Of a stretch of 64,000 nucleotides of DNA, positions 23,501 through 36,100 are shown in pieces. Each line of letters starts with the position of its first letter. Position 1 is the stretch's first letter. This DNA comes from Asterias rubens (taxonomy: Eukaryota): positions 16,740,001 to 16,804,000 of the forward strand of contig NC_047063.1 in NCBI RefSeq assembly GCF_902459465.1, read 5' to 3'. The notes beneath the pieces are model-generated. The model did no database searches and was not told the origin of the DNA. It saw only the letters and a list, made by a program, of their open reading frames with translations. The position numbers and the translations under genes are program-made.

Positions 23501-25867
23501 CGCGCGGAAACAAGAGTGGGTTTTCCCGTTATTTTCCCCCGACTCCGATAACCGATTGAGCCTAAGTTTTCACAGGTTTGTTGTTTTATATATAAGTTGT
23601 GATACACGAAGTGTGGGACTTGGACAATACTGTTTACCGAAAGTGTATAATGACTTTAAGAAACCATGGAAATGTATTACTCTGTTTACCCCTACGTAGT
23701 ATGTATAACTGATCTGACATTAACCGTATACCGCTATACCCAAAAGGTTCAGTCTGAGATTGATGACGTCACTGGAGGGAGTCGTCAGCCCCTAATGGCG
23801 GACTGTCCAAACATGCCGTACACCAATGCCGTTATCTTGGAGACTCAACGCATTCGTCCCGTGGTTCCTTTAGCGGTTCCACACCAAACGAGGGACGACA
23901 CGACACTGGACGGGTATACCATTCCGAAAAAGACATGTAAGTCACTGGATTAGCTGCTTCATCCTTCGTGAACAAATCATGGTTTATTACTTTTAATTTG
24001 GGGCTAAACACGGTTATTTATTATATGTTATGACAACAGGCATACTCGTCAACATCTGGGCAGTACATCATGATCCTGCTACGTGGACAAAGCCAGAGAA
24101 ATACAACCCAGCCCGGTTCCTCTCTGCTGATGGCAAGAGTGTCATTCAACACAAATCACTCATTCCATTTGGAACAGGTAGGAGACAATTTCGTTTCTTT
24201 AACGAGAAAATAATGTGAGATGGCCGCAAGCTTACTATGTTATCGTGCGTTTTTGTTTTTAGTTGGGGCGCCCTCTACTTCTGAGTTAGATCAAGCCGAG
24301 CAATATAGACTGGCTATGACAAAGACAGGTTTTTGCTGTTCAGTATAACCGTGTTTTGTATTTGATACGTTAAGGAGAATTGATGGGAAAGTGTAGATTC
24401 GTGGATAGAATTTACGAGCCGAAGGCGAATACATTGTTGTCACGAATCTACACTCTTGAGTCTTTTCTCTGACTTAAATTTCCTGAAAGCCTATTATTTT
24501 GTAACGATGCCGGTGTCAGATGCAATTGTGTTCGCAATGCAATAATGTCCGCTCCGGACACTTTTGCATATGCAATCGTGTCCGGGGCTATGCAAAAATC
24601 GTCCGGTGGACATGTACATGACATAGATATAGACACGCACTCAAAACAAATGGCGAACGTTTTCTGTCGACCAAGGGCGTTTAATTTACTGCAAGGACGG
24701 TTTTGCACGGGGCAGACACAACTGCATTTTGCAGCAGCGTCCGGGCGGACACGATTACATATGCAAAACCGTCCTCCGGACAGTTTTGCATACAGGACAT
24801 AGTTGCATGCGACACCGGTTATATAGTTAATTAAGTAACGCTTAAAACTAATTTGTGTACCTGGTAAAACGATGTTCGGTCACATCTAAGACTTATTTTG
24901 CAATTTTTGATGTATAATTATTGAGTACAAAGTTGTGATCCGTTTTCAAGTGTTTACTCAAATGAATTTTGTAACTTGAGTAAATAGAAAGCTAACATGC
25001 TTTCGGCTGTGTTAGGTGCACGTCATGTTATCCTTTCAATTTGGAAAGTCAGTCGAACAAATCACTTTAGTTTCAAACGAGCCTCTGGAGTATGACGGCA
25101 GATGTTCAGGCTAGCGCTAGCTGCCGAGCGCTAACCTGAACATCTGACGTCACACTTCGAGGCTCGTGAATTATGCATGGATCTGCCATTGAGCCTACGT
25201 CCATAGTCACCTTTCTCGCATCATTCCACGAGGTCTTCGTGGTTCTGCAGAGTCACAATTAAATCGTACATGTGTAAACATTTACAGCCAACACCTGGGC
25301 CCAATTTCATAGAGCTGCTAAGCACAAACATTTGCTTAGCGTGACAATTCTTCCTTGATAAAAACAGGATTACCAACCAAACTTCCACGTGATTTTCAGT
25401 ATAAGCAATCAACAGCTGAATACCAGTAACAAGCAATATGCAACAAATAGAAATTTGGCCCAGTTCTTACCCTTGTGGGAAAGAAAAGGGAACCAGCATA
25501 GTAGAGCGCAGACTGCATAAAAGTTGACTTACAACTTTAACATGTACATGTATTCTGCAGCAAAGCTCAAACGTCACTCGTTTATATATCTCATCAGCAG
25601 TGTTACAATTAAAGTGCCCACACCACAATAATTTTAGTTTAATTTTCTCACATTGATAAAAATTGTATTTTGTAATTATTTACAGGTCGCCGTGCCTGTT
25701 TGGGTGAAAATCTCGCCAAGTCAGAGCTCTTTCTTTTCTTGGTCAATATCCTGCAACAATTCACCGTTACCTTTCCAGAGGGTAAACCAATCCCGTCAGA
25801 GGATGGATCAGCTGGTTTTGTACTCAGCTCCAGACCTTACGAACTGTGCGCCACCAGGCGTTCATAA
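20529..25867 (+). CDS. g4: CYP2-like P450, type B, intact, about 503 aa
   Basis: Exons 20529-20880, 21837-22243, 22707-22949, 23747-23936, 24040-24177, 25686-25867 (1512 nt), with GT..AG boundaries. Motifs AGTDTT, ETQR, PARF, FGTGRRACLG. Confidence 0.93.
23303..23655. mobile_element. Second TTAA-flanked MITE family in intron 3 of B genes (also 35218-35569, 44950-45302; rearranged copy 49450-49778)
   Basis: TTAA|AGCCATTGGA.CCTTTCGGTAA ... TTACCGAAAG.GTATA.TG.CT|TTAA. Confidence 0.85.
24510..24818. mobile_element. MITE with internal TGCA/TGTCCGGGCGGACAC repeats in intron 5 of B genes (also 36424-36782, 46149-46499)
   Basis: TIR CCGGTGTCAGATGCAA / TTGCATGCGACACCGG. The number of internal repeats differs among the three copies. 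Confidence 0.75.
25077..25167. mobile_element. Small hairpin element in intron 5 of B genes (also 37041-37152 with an internal duplication of about 21 bp, and 46755-46845)
   Basis: ACGAGCCTC..AGT.TGACG.CAGATGTTCAGG.TAGCGCT / AGCGCTAACCTGAACATCTGACGTCACACTTCGAGGCTCGT. Confidence 0.75.
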
Positions 25868-26170
25868 GTGGTCATGGATAAGTCGGGATAATTTGTGTGT
25901 TGCCTTTTTGCATTGTTGTGTATATGGACAATTTCAACTGCCTTTAAAACATTAAATTGGGCCCTGAGTCATGGAGAGGGCAAACTCCTCATGCGGTATA
26001 TTTGCCGACCGGGTGGGATCTACATTAAACGCTTATGTCTAGTCCTTTATTGCTGTTAGTTTTATGTTCCCAGCCTATTACCATTCCGTCTGCAGGTCCA
26101 AGGAATGACGTACATGGCGTTCATATTACAATGAGTAAAATAGTAAAACATGTGCAAAAATATAGAAATT

Positions 26171-27007
26171 ATAGGTTTTCTCGGTCAATTTCAGAAAATG
26201 AGCAGCCAATTTAACCACCAGCCTATTCTATTTCGCACGAAATCGAATGCTACTAAAAATGGGTCATTCGATTTCATTTTAAGACTAGTCAAATCTACTT
26301 TTACGTCATTCGATTTAACAAAATAATCATTCAATTTAACAATTCATCGAAGCTGCATTCAAATTCGCAGGAGTGTTTTTGAGGCGTTTGTTTAGTCATT
26401 CAATTTCGTTTTGAGGCAGTCAATTCTGATGTTTGTGCAGTCTTAAAAACGCTTGGTTAACTTGTTGTTTCCTTATACGAATGTTAAAGGCATGCGGTTA
26501 ATTTGTTGGCACTCTTGAGAACATAATAGTGCCAAGATGTCTGGCCCGCCAACAGATGGTTGGTGAATAATTACAAAAACCAACAACTGGAAAAACATTT
26601 ATAAAAAAAAAAAAAAAAAAAAAAAACCCTTATGAGGCCCAAGGTAAAGTCTACTGGAAACATAAAATAAAGAAAATAAGGTTCGCTCGATTTAAAAGTT
26701 AAGGTACGAAACGGTTTGCCTCATACAGTTTATCTGTTTATTCGTATTTCTTTAGTCGTACTTATTGGAATCCTCGGTGAGCGAAATTGATTGTCTCTTT
26801 ACGAAATTGAAAATGATTAAATCAGCAAAATCTCTAGTCGAACCAGCTTTGCTAAATTGAATGATGATTGTGTGTCATAAAAACGAAATTGAATGACCGA
26901 ACTCTGAATTTGAAACGCAGTAAAAACCGGAGAGGCAAAATAGCTCTAATTCGAACGCATGATTTAAATTGGCTGCTCATTTGCCGAATTAGACCGAGAA
27001 AACCTAT
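26171..27007. mobile_element. Same TIR family, longer copy in the opposite orientation, 3' of g4 (also 38156-38995 after g5; absent after g6)
   Basis: TIR of about 44 bp: ATAGGTTTTCTCGGTCAATTTCAGAAAATGAGCAGCCAATTTA / TAAATTGGCTGCTCATTTGCCGAATTAGACCGAGAAAACCTAT. The g6 flank (about 48030-48060) lacks it. Confidence 0.8.
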
Positions 27008-27344
27008 TGTAAAACTTTTTTTTTCAAATAGAGGAAGTGATTTTAAAATTACAACTTAAAGAAACGTTACAGAATTTATTTGCCTAACAAAACAGCTGCT
27101 TGGTATACATTAATTTCCATATTATTTACAAATTTGAAAAAGCCCGACCCGAGAGGGCGCTGTTCGTGACGTCAATCAAGGCGCGATGAATCGCATGCAG
27201 TACCGACACAAGATAGTGACGCTTGGCGCAAGCTAAAAACATGCCCTCAAAGTTGAAACAATACCTGATTTTTATCACGTTAGGCAAATGCTCCTTTAGG
27301 TTCGTTACGTCTTTCAGGTACCTTCTTCGACTTCCCCATCTCGC

Positions 27345-27519
27345 TGGACAAATTGTTGGGGTGGCGTCATGTTTTAGAAAAGATTTTTCCTCTTCATGTA
27401 AAACTGTGTAGTATATTCCGGATTCTCGAAGCACGACGGCTCGAAGTGTTTGCTGCACAGCGCTGGAAAAGACGCCGGACCGGATTGCTGCATCCAGCAG
27501 CAATAAACCTGGTCGACAT
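27345..27519 (-). pseudogene. Decayed THAP zinc-finger coding remnant, transposon-derived (copy at 39333-39507)
   Basis: Across frames: MSTR(F)IAAGCSN ... LCSKHFEPSCFE ... LKHDATPTIC, matching the THAP pattern M..C...GCsN / CSxHF / L..DAVPT. Confidence 0.7.
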
Positions 27520-28830
27520 TGCCGGAATAATGCAAGAAAAAAACTTTTTCGAAACGTAAAAACTCACGACTAGGACTTGAATGTACTTGCACGTACGTGT
27601 GTTCGATGTTCATGTCACAAAAGGGGTTGCGGAGTCACCCCCACACTTTTATTCATTTGTTTCAACATAAATCGTTAAAAACAATTACTCAAAAAGTTAT
27701 TTTATTGTTCAGAAACATAATTTTTATACTCTAATGTTTGAAGAAGAAAAACATTCTAAAATTCCAAAATTAATATTCTTTATCCCCGGTGCAAATTTAA
27801 CATCTATTATATCGTTGCGGTACCCGCTGTCAAAACATAGGATTCGAACTGCCTCTAGCTGCAGGGCAACCTCGGTAGTCTAGTTGGTAAGAAACTGCTC
27901 TAGATTTGCAAGGGTCGTATGGGTAAAAACCAAAATTAATATTTAAATTAATGGTTTATTTTGTTTAATCCCTGTGTCATGGTTTAAAAAAGATGCTCTT
28001 TTGGTATTCGTTTTATATTTGGCTTTAGAGGGTTTTTAAATCCATTCGCGTTGGGATTAAGGGTTTTATATTGTTGTCACTGCCTTCTGTTTTTAATGTG
28101 TTTTATGGGTGTTGATTTTGCAAGGTTCCCGATTGTTGGTGTTTTAATGTTTTCTGTTGTGTGATTTTTATAGTGTTTGAATTCAATGTCCTTTTAATAA
28201 ACATATAGGCCTACTTATATTTTTATCATTGGTGGGGGTCTGGTTTTACACATCTGAGATGACAGTTTTTATACTTTTAACAATAAGTATATCCCTTTTT
28301 AATCTAAATAATGAATAGGGTAGATGGCCTTAGCTTTCGATCCAAACTGGACCTTCTTCAGAGGCATAAAACAAGTGCAAACAAATACATATCCATTAAT
28401 AGAAAAAGAGAGGGGAAAGGGATTAAGGGAAGGATCCAAAAAGAAGCGGGGAAAAATATTATAAAAATATAGAAAAAAATAATTATCTGAATAATAAATG
28501 ACGAGACGCACCGTACAGATTTGATAAATTTGCCTGCTCGACTTTTGTATTCCCCTTATGAAAAGGCTGGTTTTCACAGCAACCGCAAAACAAAAAGATC
28601 CTTGAAACTTATTTCTTTGATGTATTATACCTTGTATTAAATTCCATGAATACTGCGTACTAAATCTCACACAGTTTAAGTTGGAATGTTTCAATACGTA
28701 ATTGCGTGAATCCATTTCGCAGTATAAAGCAGAAGATACTTGTGCCTCAGCTATTCACTTGAAATAGTTTATATGGTCCAATGCTCAAGTGGGATATTCG
28801 GCAACCATTGGTATTTGTACTAGGTCTAAT

Positions 28831-29458
28831 CATGGAGGAAGGAAGAGAAGGAGCTCGGACGACCCGCAAAACCGCAGAGTAACAAAAGAATACCCTGACA
28901 ATGCCCCTGTCTGACCAGTGGAAAAAGATAGGAGACCTCCAGCTATACGGCCGATTAACGAGCAGGATTAGATCTCTTTGTACAGAACGTGCGGTACTGC
29001 CGCTCTGCACCGTTGCCTTCGTGTAAAGTTGAATCATTGGAGACAAGAACTGTAAATATACACGTTTTCATATACCGTTTGTGGTGTTTCACTGAAACAT
29101 CATGGCTTATTTTTACATTTTTTGTGACTTTCCAGTCACTAGCGGTGGATCAAAATTTGGGCATAGGCACACGAGGGTGGTTGGTATTCAATTGTGTTAA
29201 TCGTTAAGGTGTACAGTAGCGTCCACACATGTTATCGTGTCTCAAAAAAGGAGTTTTTCCTCTATTGTATCCATACGACATACGACGCCATAGTTTGGCG
29301 AAGAACCAAGTGCGCACGCGCAAATTCACACACGCCAGGTCACCCATTGTTTGTGTAAGGTATGTTGGTGATTACGAGGTATCGTTAAACGACCGCGGTA
29401 CCACGGGTTCGACTTTTGAAGTCCATTCGTTCGAGCTCCTTCTCTTCCTTCCTCCATG
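28831..29458. mobile_element. P-element-like MITE (CATG termini, 7-bp TSD) upstream of g5; internally deleted copy at 40839-41363 upstream of g6
   Basis: 27-bp TIR CATGGAGGAAGGAAGAGAAGGAGCTCG. TSD GTCTAAT at 28824-28830 and 29459-29465. Empty sites at about 19851 and about 15047. Confidence 0.85.
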
Positions 29459-30144
29459 GTCTAATGTAATTCTGAACACTGTGTGTGTGCCTGTATGTGT
29501 TATTTTCAAATTGGTTAATATGATCCCTTGGGCGGCTGAAAAACCATAACATGGTGGAAGATCCAAAGTTACAGGCTGACAGACACTGATGACTGACACA
29601 CTCATACAGGCTGTATGAATCAGGTATGTATTTTATAAGAAGAATCTATAATTAAATAGTAGACTTGCGGGTACAACCACGTGTAAATCTCTTAGGGTGA
29701 GTGTTGACGTTTATGAGTGTGCCTTGCTGATTTCTCAGAGAAAAAATACACTGCATTCTGCTAATACGCATCAGCGTTATATTTGCCCCCCCCCAAAAAA
29801 AAAAATATACATGTATATATAAAATAAAATAAAAAATCCACGACCTAATACATTAAAAACCCTAAACAAAATAATTAGGTAAAATCTCAGCAGATAATAA
29901 TGTGGGCAATCAACATTTTGTCAAAGTGAACTTGGACTTTGGCTAAGGTCAGAGTCACCAAGTTGAGGGTAGGCTACTGGTAAAGGTCGAGTGGTATATA
30001 AATAAAAACAATAAACCTAAGCCCGAAGCTGGTATTGATCAAATGCTTTCAAATAGGTAGGGCAAAACAACATGCTAAGTCTCATCGACTTTAACGTGTA
30101 AAATCCGGAGCATTGAAATTGGTAAAAACAAAAACTAACTAATC

Positions 30145-33100
30145 ATGTTGAACCAAATCGTAGACTCGCTCCAAATGGTTGGTTGGCAAACGGCTGTTCT
30201 CTTCCTCGTTGTGTTCTTCATTGGACTGTACTGGATTCAGCAGCCTGTGAATCTTCCACCAGGACCGACTGGTTGGCCAGTCGTAGGCTGTGCATTCAAC
30301 GTCCAGAAAGGACAAACTCATATTGCTTTCACCGAATGGTCCAAGCAGTATGGAGATGTGATAAGCGTTCGACTTGGCCGTAAGCTCTTCATTGTTCTAA
30401 ATGATTTACGCAGCATCAAGAAGGCCTTGCATGAGCAAGCTGATGTATTTTCTGACAGATTTGTTCCACACTTGACAAAGCTGATGGGAGTGAAAGGTAA
30501 TTCTTCTTTAGAAAACCAATTAACTACACTGCAAACTTGTTGGTAAACAAATTGTGTTGGTAAAGACATTTTTCTAAAAAGCAAATTTGTTTGGCAGTTG
30601 GTTAAAATCAATCATTGCACCACAAGTTGGGCAAAATAATTTGACAAAAATGTTGGTTAGTTACTGGATGGTCCAATTGCGATATTATTAAGGACAAATA
30701 GTTTCCCCATAACGTGGTTAATGTGACACTTGAACTCAATTACTGGTGTTGGGCGCACACGGCTATCATAGCTCATGGGGAAAGTAACCGACCAATTCAC
30801 AAAAACTATACTCGTAAGTGTAACAAATTATCTGCATGTAGGTCAGCAGTTCGAAAATCTCATTTATAAATACCTCAGATGGTTTCGCTATTCCTATTGG
30901 TGGAGAGCGCGTCACGTGGGGGTGTTTAAACCTTTGACAATGACCAGCGCTTATAACCGGTTGTGAGCTACTCTAGGTTCCTAGACCATTGGTGTTGCGT
31001 GGTCACACACAACCAACGTTCCGATTATGCACGGCAAAAACTGTACACGCTTGTAATGAACGAACGCTAGCGGGCGCTCTGTTTCTCTGATTTCCGGATC
31101 TCACCATGTCCTGTGCTCACCAAGGTCTAGGACATTTGCAAATTGAAGGCGTGGCCAGACTATGCAAATGACTCGATTATTCATATCACGTGACGGGTTG
31201 AAGATGACTATTCAAACTAGACCGAGTCAAAGGTCAATGTGATCGGCGCGCTATTTTTAATAATCTTTGCTCAAAGAGTAATTCCGTGGTCATTATAGGC
31301 CTATAAAGGAAAACAGTGAAATTTTAAGTATAGACTACCTATTCAGATTATGGATACGTGACGATTTGAAATCGTAAATAATGGTCAAAAATCGAACGTA
31401 AGATTAGCATTCAGAGAGTCCGTGTAACGGACGCTTGTATGGCCCCACGACGTGGAGCAATCGGAACGTGAAATAAGCCTTGTGGAATATCACGTACCGC
31501 CCATGCCGTGTCTCGTGGGGGTTGGAGGTGTTAAATCCCGGGCGCTATGAACTCCCAGCTTGCGGGTGTCGACTCCGTTGTTTCTTATGATCGCAACGTT
31601 CCAATATGCTCCATTTTGATTCATGGCCCCCTAATTTCTTTTTGTTATGAGTTTCAGGTAATTTTGATGATGTCAAAACGTAGGAATATCGCATCTACCT
31701 CCATGGTCATATTGACAGTGTTATTGTGTGATTAGCTTTAAAATATTATGAGAATTTTTTATAAAAGGTTGAAATAAAAATAATGCTAAAACAAAATTCC
31801 CTCAAAGCATAATTTTGCCAAACAAAGTATTATTTTTTAATTCTGGGCAACTAGTGGAATTTATGACCTGACTGTTCGCCTCAAATAACTGGGAGTTGAA
31901 TAGCAGTAGTCGCCACCCGACAAGCAATCAAAATTCGCAATTTCTCATGAGTTGTTCCAAAAGATATTGTTACGACTACATTCCAAAAAATATTATATGG
32001 TTACGTTCCAAGCTGCGCAGCTACTCGGCTACGTTTACGTTCAAAGATACGCTTAGGTCTACATTCCTTCAAGTTACACTATAATATCAAAAGGTATGTT
32101 TTCAAGCCCGAGTCAAGCTACGCTTACATTCCAAGATACGCAGCTACGTTTACGTTCCAAGATACGCTTAGGTCTACGTTCCTTCAAGTTACACTATAAT
32201 ATCAAAAGGTACGCTTTCAAGCCCGAGTCAAGTTACGCTTACGTTCCAAGATACGCAGCTACGAATTACGTTCCAAGATATGCTTACGCTCCAAATGATA
32301 CTGATACGTTTTAAGCTACGCAGCTACTCAGCTACGCTTATACACTCCAAGATACGTTTAGGTTACGCTACAATATCAAAAAGTACGCTTTCAATCCCGA
32401 GTCAAGCTACGCTTACGTTCCAAGATCTGCAGCTACGGTTACGTTTCAAAATACATTCTCACAAAGACGCTTTTGAATCCCTCAAGATTTCCTTCCCCCA
32501 AGATTAAAAAACTTTCACTGTGAATAACACTACAGGGCCCACCAGTTAATATCTGTTTGGCAGAAAATACTGTACAAAATTTCTTTACTATCCAAAAATT
32601 TAGGTGGGCACTAGGCATAAGTCTACAACATTTCAAATTTAATTAAAAATTGGCTGGTAACCAGTTTCTGCTAAGCAATACTATTTTGTGCTAACTATAA
32701 GCAAATTGTTTAGCCAATACAGGCTTCATCAGTGTGGGCCCTGGCACGTCGGGAGCATAACGCCACAATCGCATTTCAAGCTGCATCATGGCAATGCAGT
32801 AGTCTGGATCTGTATATTATACTTAGAAAGGTTTGTGGTGGTACCGCAAACCTTTCTTTATCGTATTTCCACCATGTGGCAAAGTTTCAAATCCTACTGA
32901 TCTGGACATTATAAAAACATATACCCACATACATGCAGAGTATAGCAAAGTCATGCAACGCATTACTGCATGCATTTACACTGCATGCACAACACTGATG
33001 AATTATTCATGAGCCAACCGCAACGCAGCCTCTGATTGGCTCCACCGGAAAGTCGGGGGAGATTTGCCGAAAAACAATAAAAAAGTTAAGACCCGTCGTT

Positions 33101-36100
33101 GCAAATGTCCTAGACCTTGGTGAGCACAGGAAATCAGAGAAACAGAGCGCCCGCTAGCGTTCGTTCATTACAAGCGTGTACAGTTTTTGGCGTGCATAAT
33201 CGGAACGTTGGTTGTGTGTGACCACGCAACACCAATGGTCTAGGAACCTAGACTAGTTGTGAGCGGGACAGTTTCTTCATTCCAATGGGTCGAGATCAAC
33301 GGCTGGAACAGTTGTGTCACATCACGCGATACTTACGACGCGCACAGCAATCTCCTTATAAGGAGTTGTTTACCCGAGGGCCTTACCATTTAATATCTGG
33401 AGGGGTATTGTGTCGAAAGAAATCATTGAACAATTATAATTTTTGCATTTATTATACTTTTTGACCAAAAAGTATTGATGTTTTTTGACCGAACAGGTAT
33501 TTTTTCGTCTCGGTAAAATTACCAAGAACCAGGTCTCGTTGGGTATAAACCACTAGTTGAAAACCTCTTCACCACACATTGATTCCCTTATTTAAGATTG
33601 AGGCACTTTGAGGAATGACGTATATAGGCCCTTTTTTTAGGTAGGCCGAATATTATTTATAACTGAACTATTTGGTAATGATTCCTGCAGATATTATGTA
33701 CAAGTTCACGGTACAAGTAAAACATTGTGGCTTTACTTCTTCTCTATAATAGGCAGTTTCCTTTTTGAAGACGGTCCCATCTGGAAGGAGCGTCGTCGGT
33801 TTGGTCTCGGGGCTCTGAGAAGCTTTGGTATGGGAAAGAAAAGCATCGAGCATTCCATCAACGAGGAATCACGGTACCTCCTCGACGGTTTCGCAGACCG
33901 AAAAGGAAAACCATTCGACCCAGCCCACCTCGTCAACAATGCCGTCTCCAACATCATTTGTAAAGTTTGCTTTGGGTATAGGTTCGACTACTCGGACCCC
34001 AAGTTCGCTGAACTTATCGGTCGTCTCAGAGAGCGGTTGTCTCAAAATGGTCCTACGTCAGCTTTTAATATCTTCGAATGGGTTTTGCACACACCATTAA
34101 TGAATCGGTCAATAGGAAACGCCCGAAATATCTTTGACTTCGTCCGTGGAATTATTCAGGTAATTAGCCAATAAGTCATTCATTTATTGAATGTTTGTAT
34201 CCCAAGACTCTTGCTAACATACTATCAGGCAAAATCAAGCAAAACATACATCAGGATAACTAGTTCTTACGACCACCGACCACTCACATCTTGGGATATT
34301 GAGAGCGCCCCATAAAGTCATTCGGGAATGCAATTTCTCACATCGAGTCTCGTCCATACCTTTTGGATTGGGGCTTTAAAAAAAAATTTGTTATCAAAAT
34401 GCATATAAACGGACAGATATTTCATTAGTATAGTAAAAAAAAAAAAAAAAAAAACAGCCATTGAAATTGTGTGTTTAGAACACTGTCCGTCTTTTGATGA
34501 AATTGGCTAGTAGAAGACTTACTACAAAATCAACAAAATCCACTATTTTACAATTTCATTTAATAGCAACCTTGCAATATTTATTTTACCGAAATTTGTG
34601 ATATTGATCTTAAACATTTAGGACCATCATAAATCGTACGATGAAAATGACATCCGGGATATTATTGACATGGGAATTGCCGAGGTCAGGCAGTCAGAAA
34701 GCAAGGAAAAACATGACGACGGTCGAAACTTCACGGATATCTTCAACGACGGTGCACTTTGTCGAAGTATTGTGGATTTATTCATCGCTGGTACCGATAC
34801 AACCACTAACACTCTGCTTTGGACTTTGATGTACATGGCTCTCAATCCTGATATGCAAAAGAAGGTACCGTCATTTTAAGTTTATTACGGACTGCGTGTT
34901 GATTGATTGTTTGTTTATTTATCTGTTTCACCTTTTCTGTGAAGATTGCTTCGTGCGCGTATCAATGTCATGATCCCATGTTTTATGGCTCTACACCCTA
35001 TCTTCAAGACGCATCGTGATTTAACTTTAGTAAAAATTATTCATTTTTTTAAATGGGTCAATCTAACCAAAATCTGTCATTGTGACTAGTTGCGGGATCA
35101 ATTCTGACCCAGGACTTGTGGAGTGCAGCGCTAAATAATAATGTTAATAACAAATAACACCCTATGAAAGAAACAACAAACTATTTAGTTATTCTTCAGG
35201 TGCTACAACTACCTTAAAGCCATTGGACCCTTTCGGTAAAACAGAAAAAAAAGTTCACAGATTTACAAATAATTTACAGGGTTTACAGAAGGTAATGGTG
35301 AAAGACTTCTCTTGAAATATTAGTCCATGAAATGCTTTACTTTTTGAGAAAACTGTAAAACAATATAACGAGAATTACAGATTTATTTTAAACACTTGTC
35401 ATGACACGGCGAAACGCGCGGAAACAAGAGTGGGTTTTCCCGTTATTTTCCCCCGACTCCAATGACCGATTGAGCCTAAGTTTTCACAGGTTTGTTGTTT
35501 TATATATAAGTTGTGATACACGAAGTGTGGGACTTGGACAATACTGTTTACCGAAAGCGTATACTGGCTTTAAGAAACCATGGAAATGTATTACTCTGTT
35601 TACCCCTACGTAGTATGTATAACTGATCTGACATTAACCGTATACCGCTATACCCAAAAGGTTCAGTCTGAGATTGATGACGTCACTGGAGGGAGTCGTC
35701 AGCCCCTAATGGCGGACTGTCCAAACATGCCGTACACCAATGCCGTTATCTTGGAGACTCAACGCATTCGTCCCGTGGTTCCTTTAGCGGTTCCACACCA
35801 AACGAGGGACGACACGACACTGGACGGGTATACCATTCCGAAAAAGACATGTAAGTCACTGGATTAGCTGCTTCATCCTTCGTGAACAAATCATGGTTTA
35901 TTACTTTTAATTTGGGGCTAAACACGGTTATTTATTATATGTTATGACAACAGGCATACTCGTCAACATCTGGGCAGTTCATCATGATCCTGCTACGTGG
36001 ACAAAGCCAGAGAAATACAACCCAGCCCGGTTCCTCTCTGCTGATGGCAAGAGTGTCATTCAACACAAATCACTCATTCCATTTGGAACAGGTAGGAGAC

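Noticed and set aside
24448-24802. ORFs in intron 5 of B genes
   Set aside because: Translations of a repeat-rich MITE whose frames differ among the three copies.
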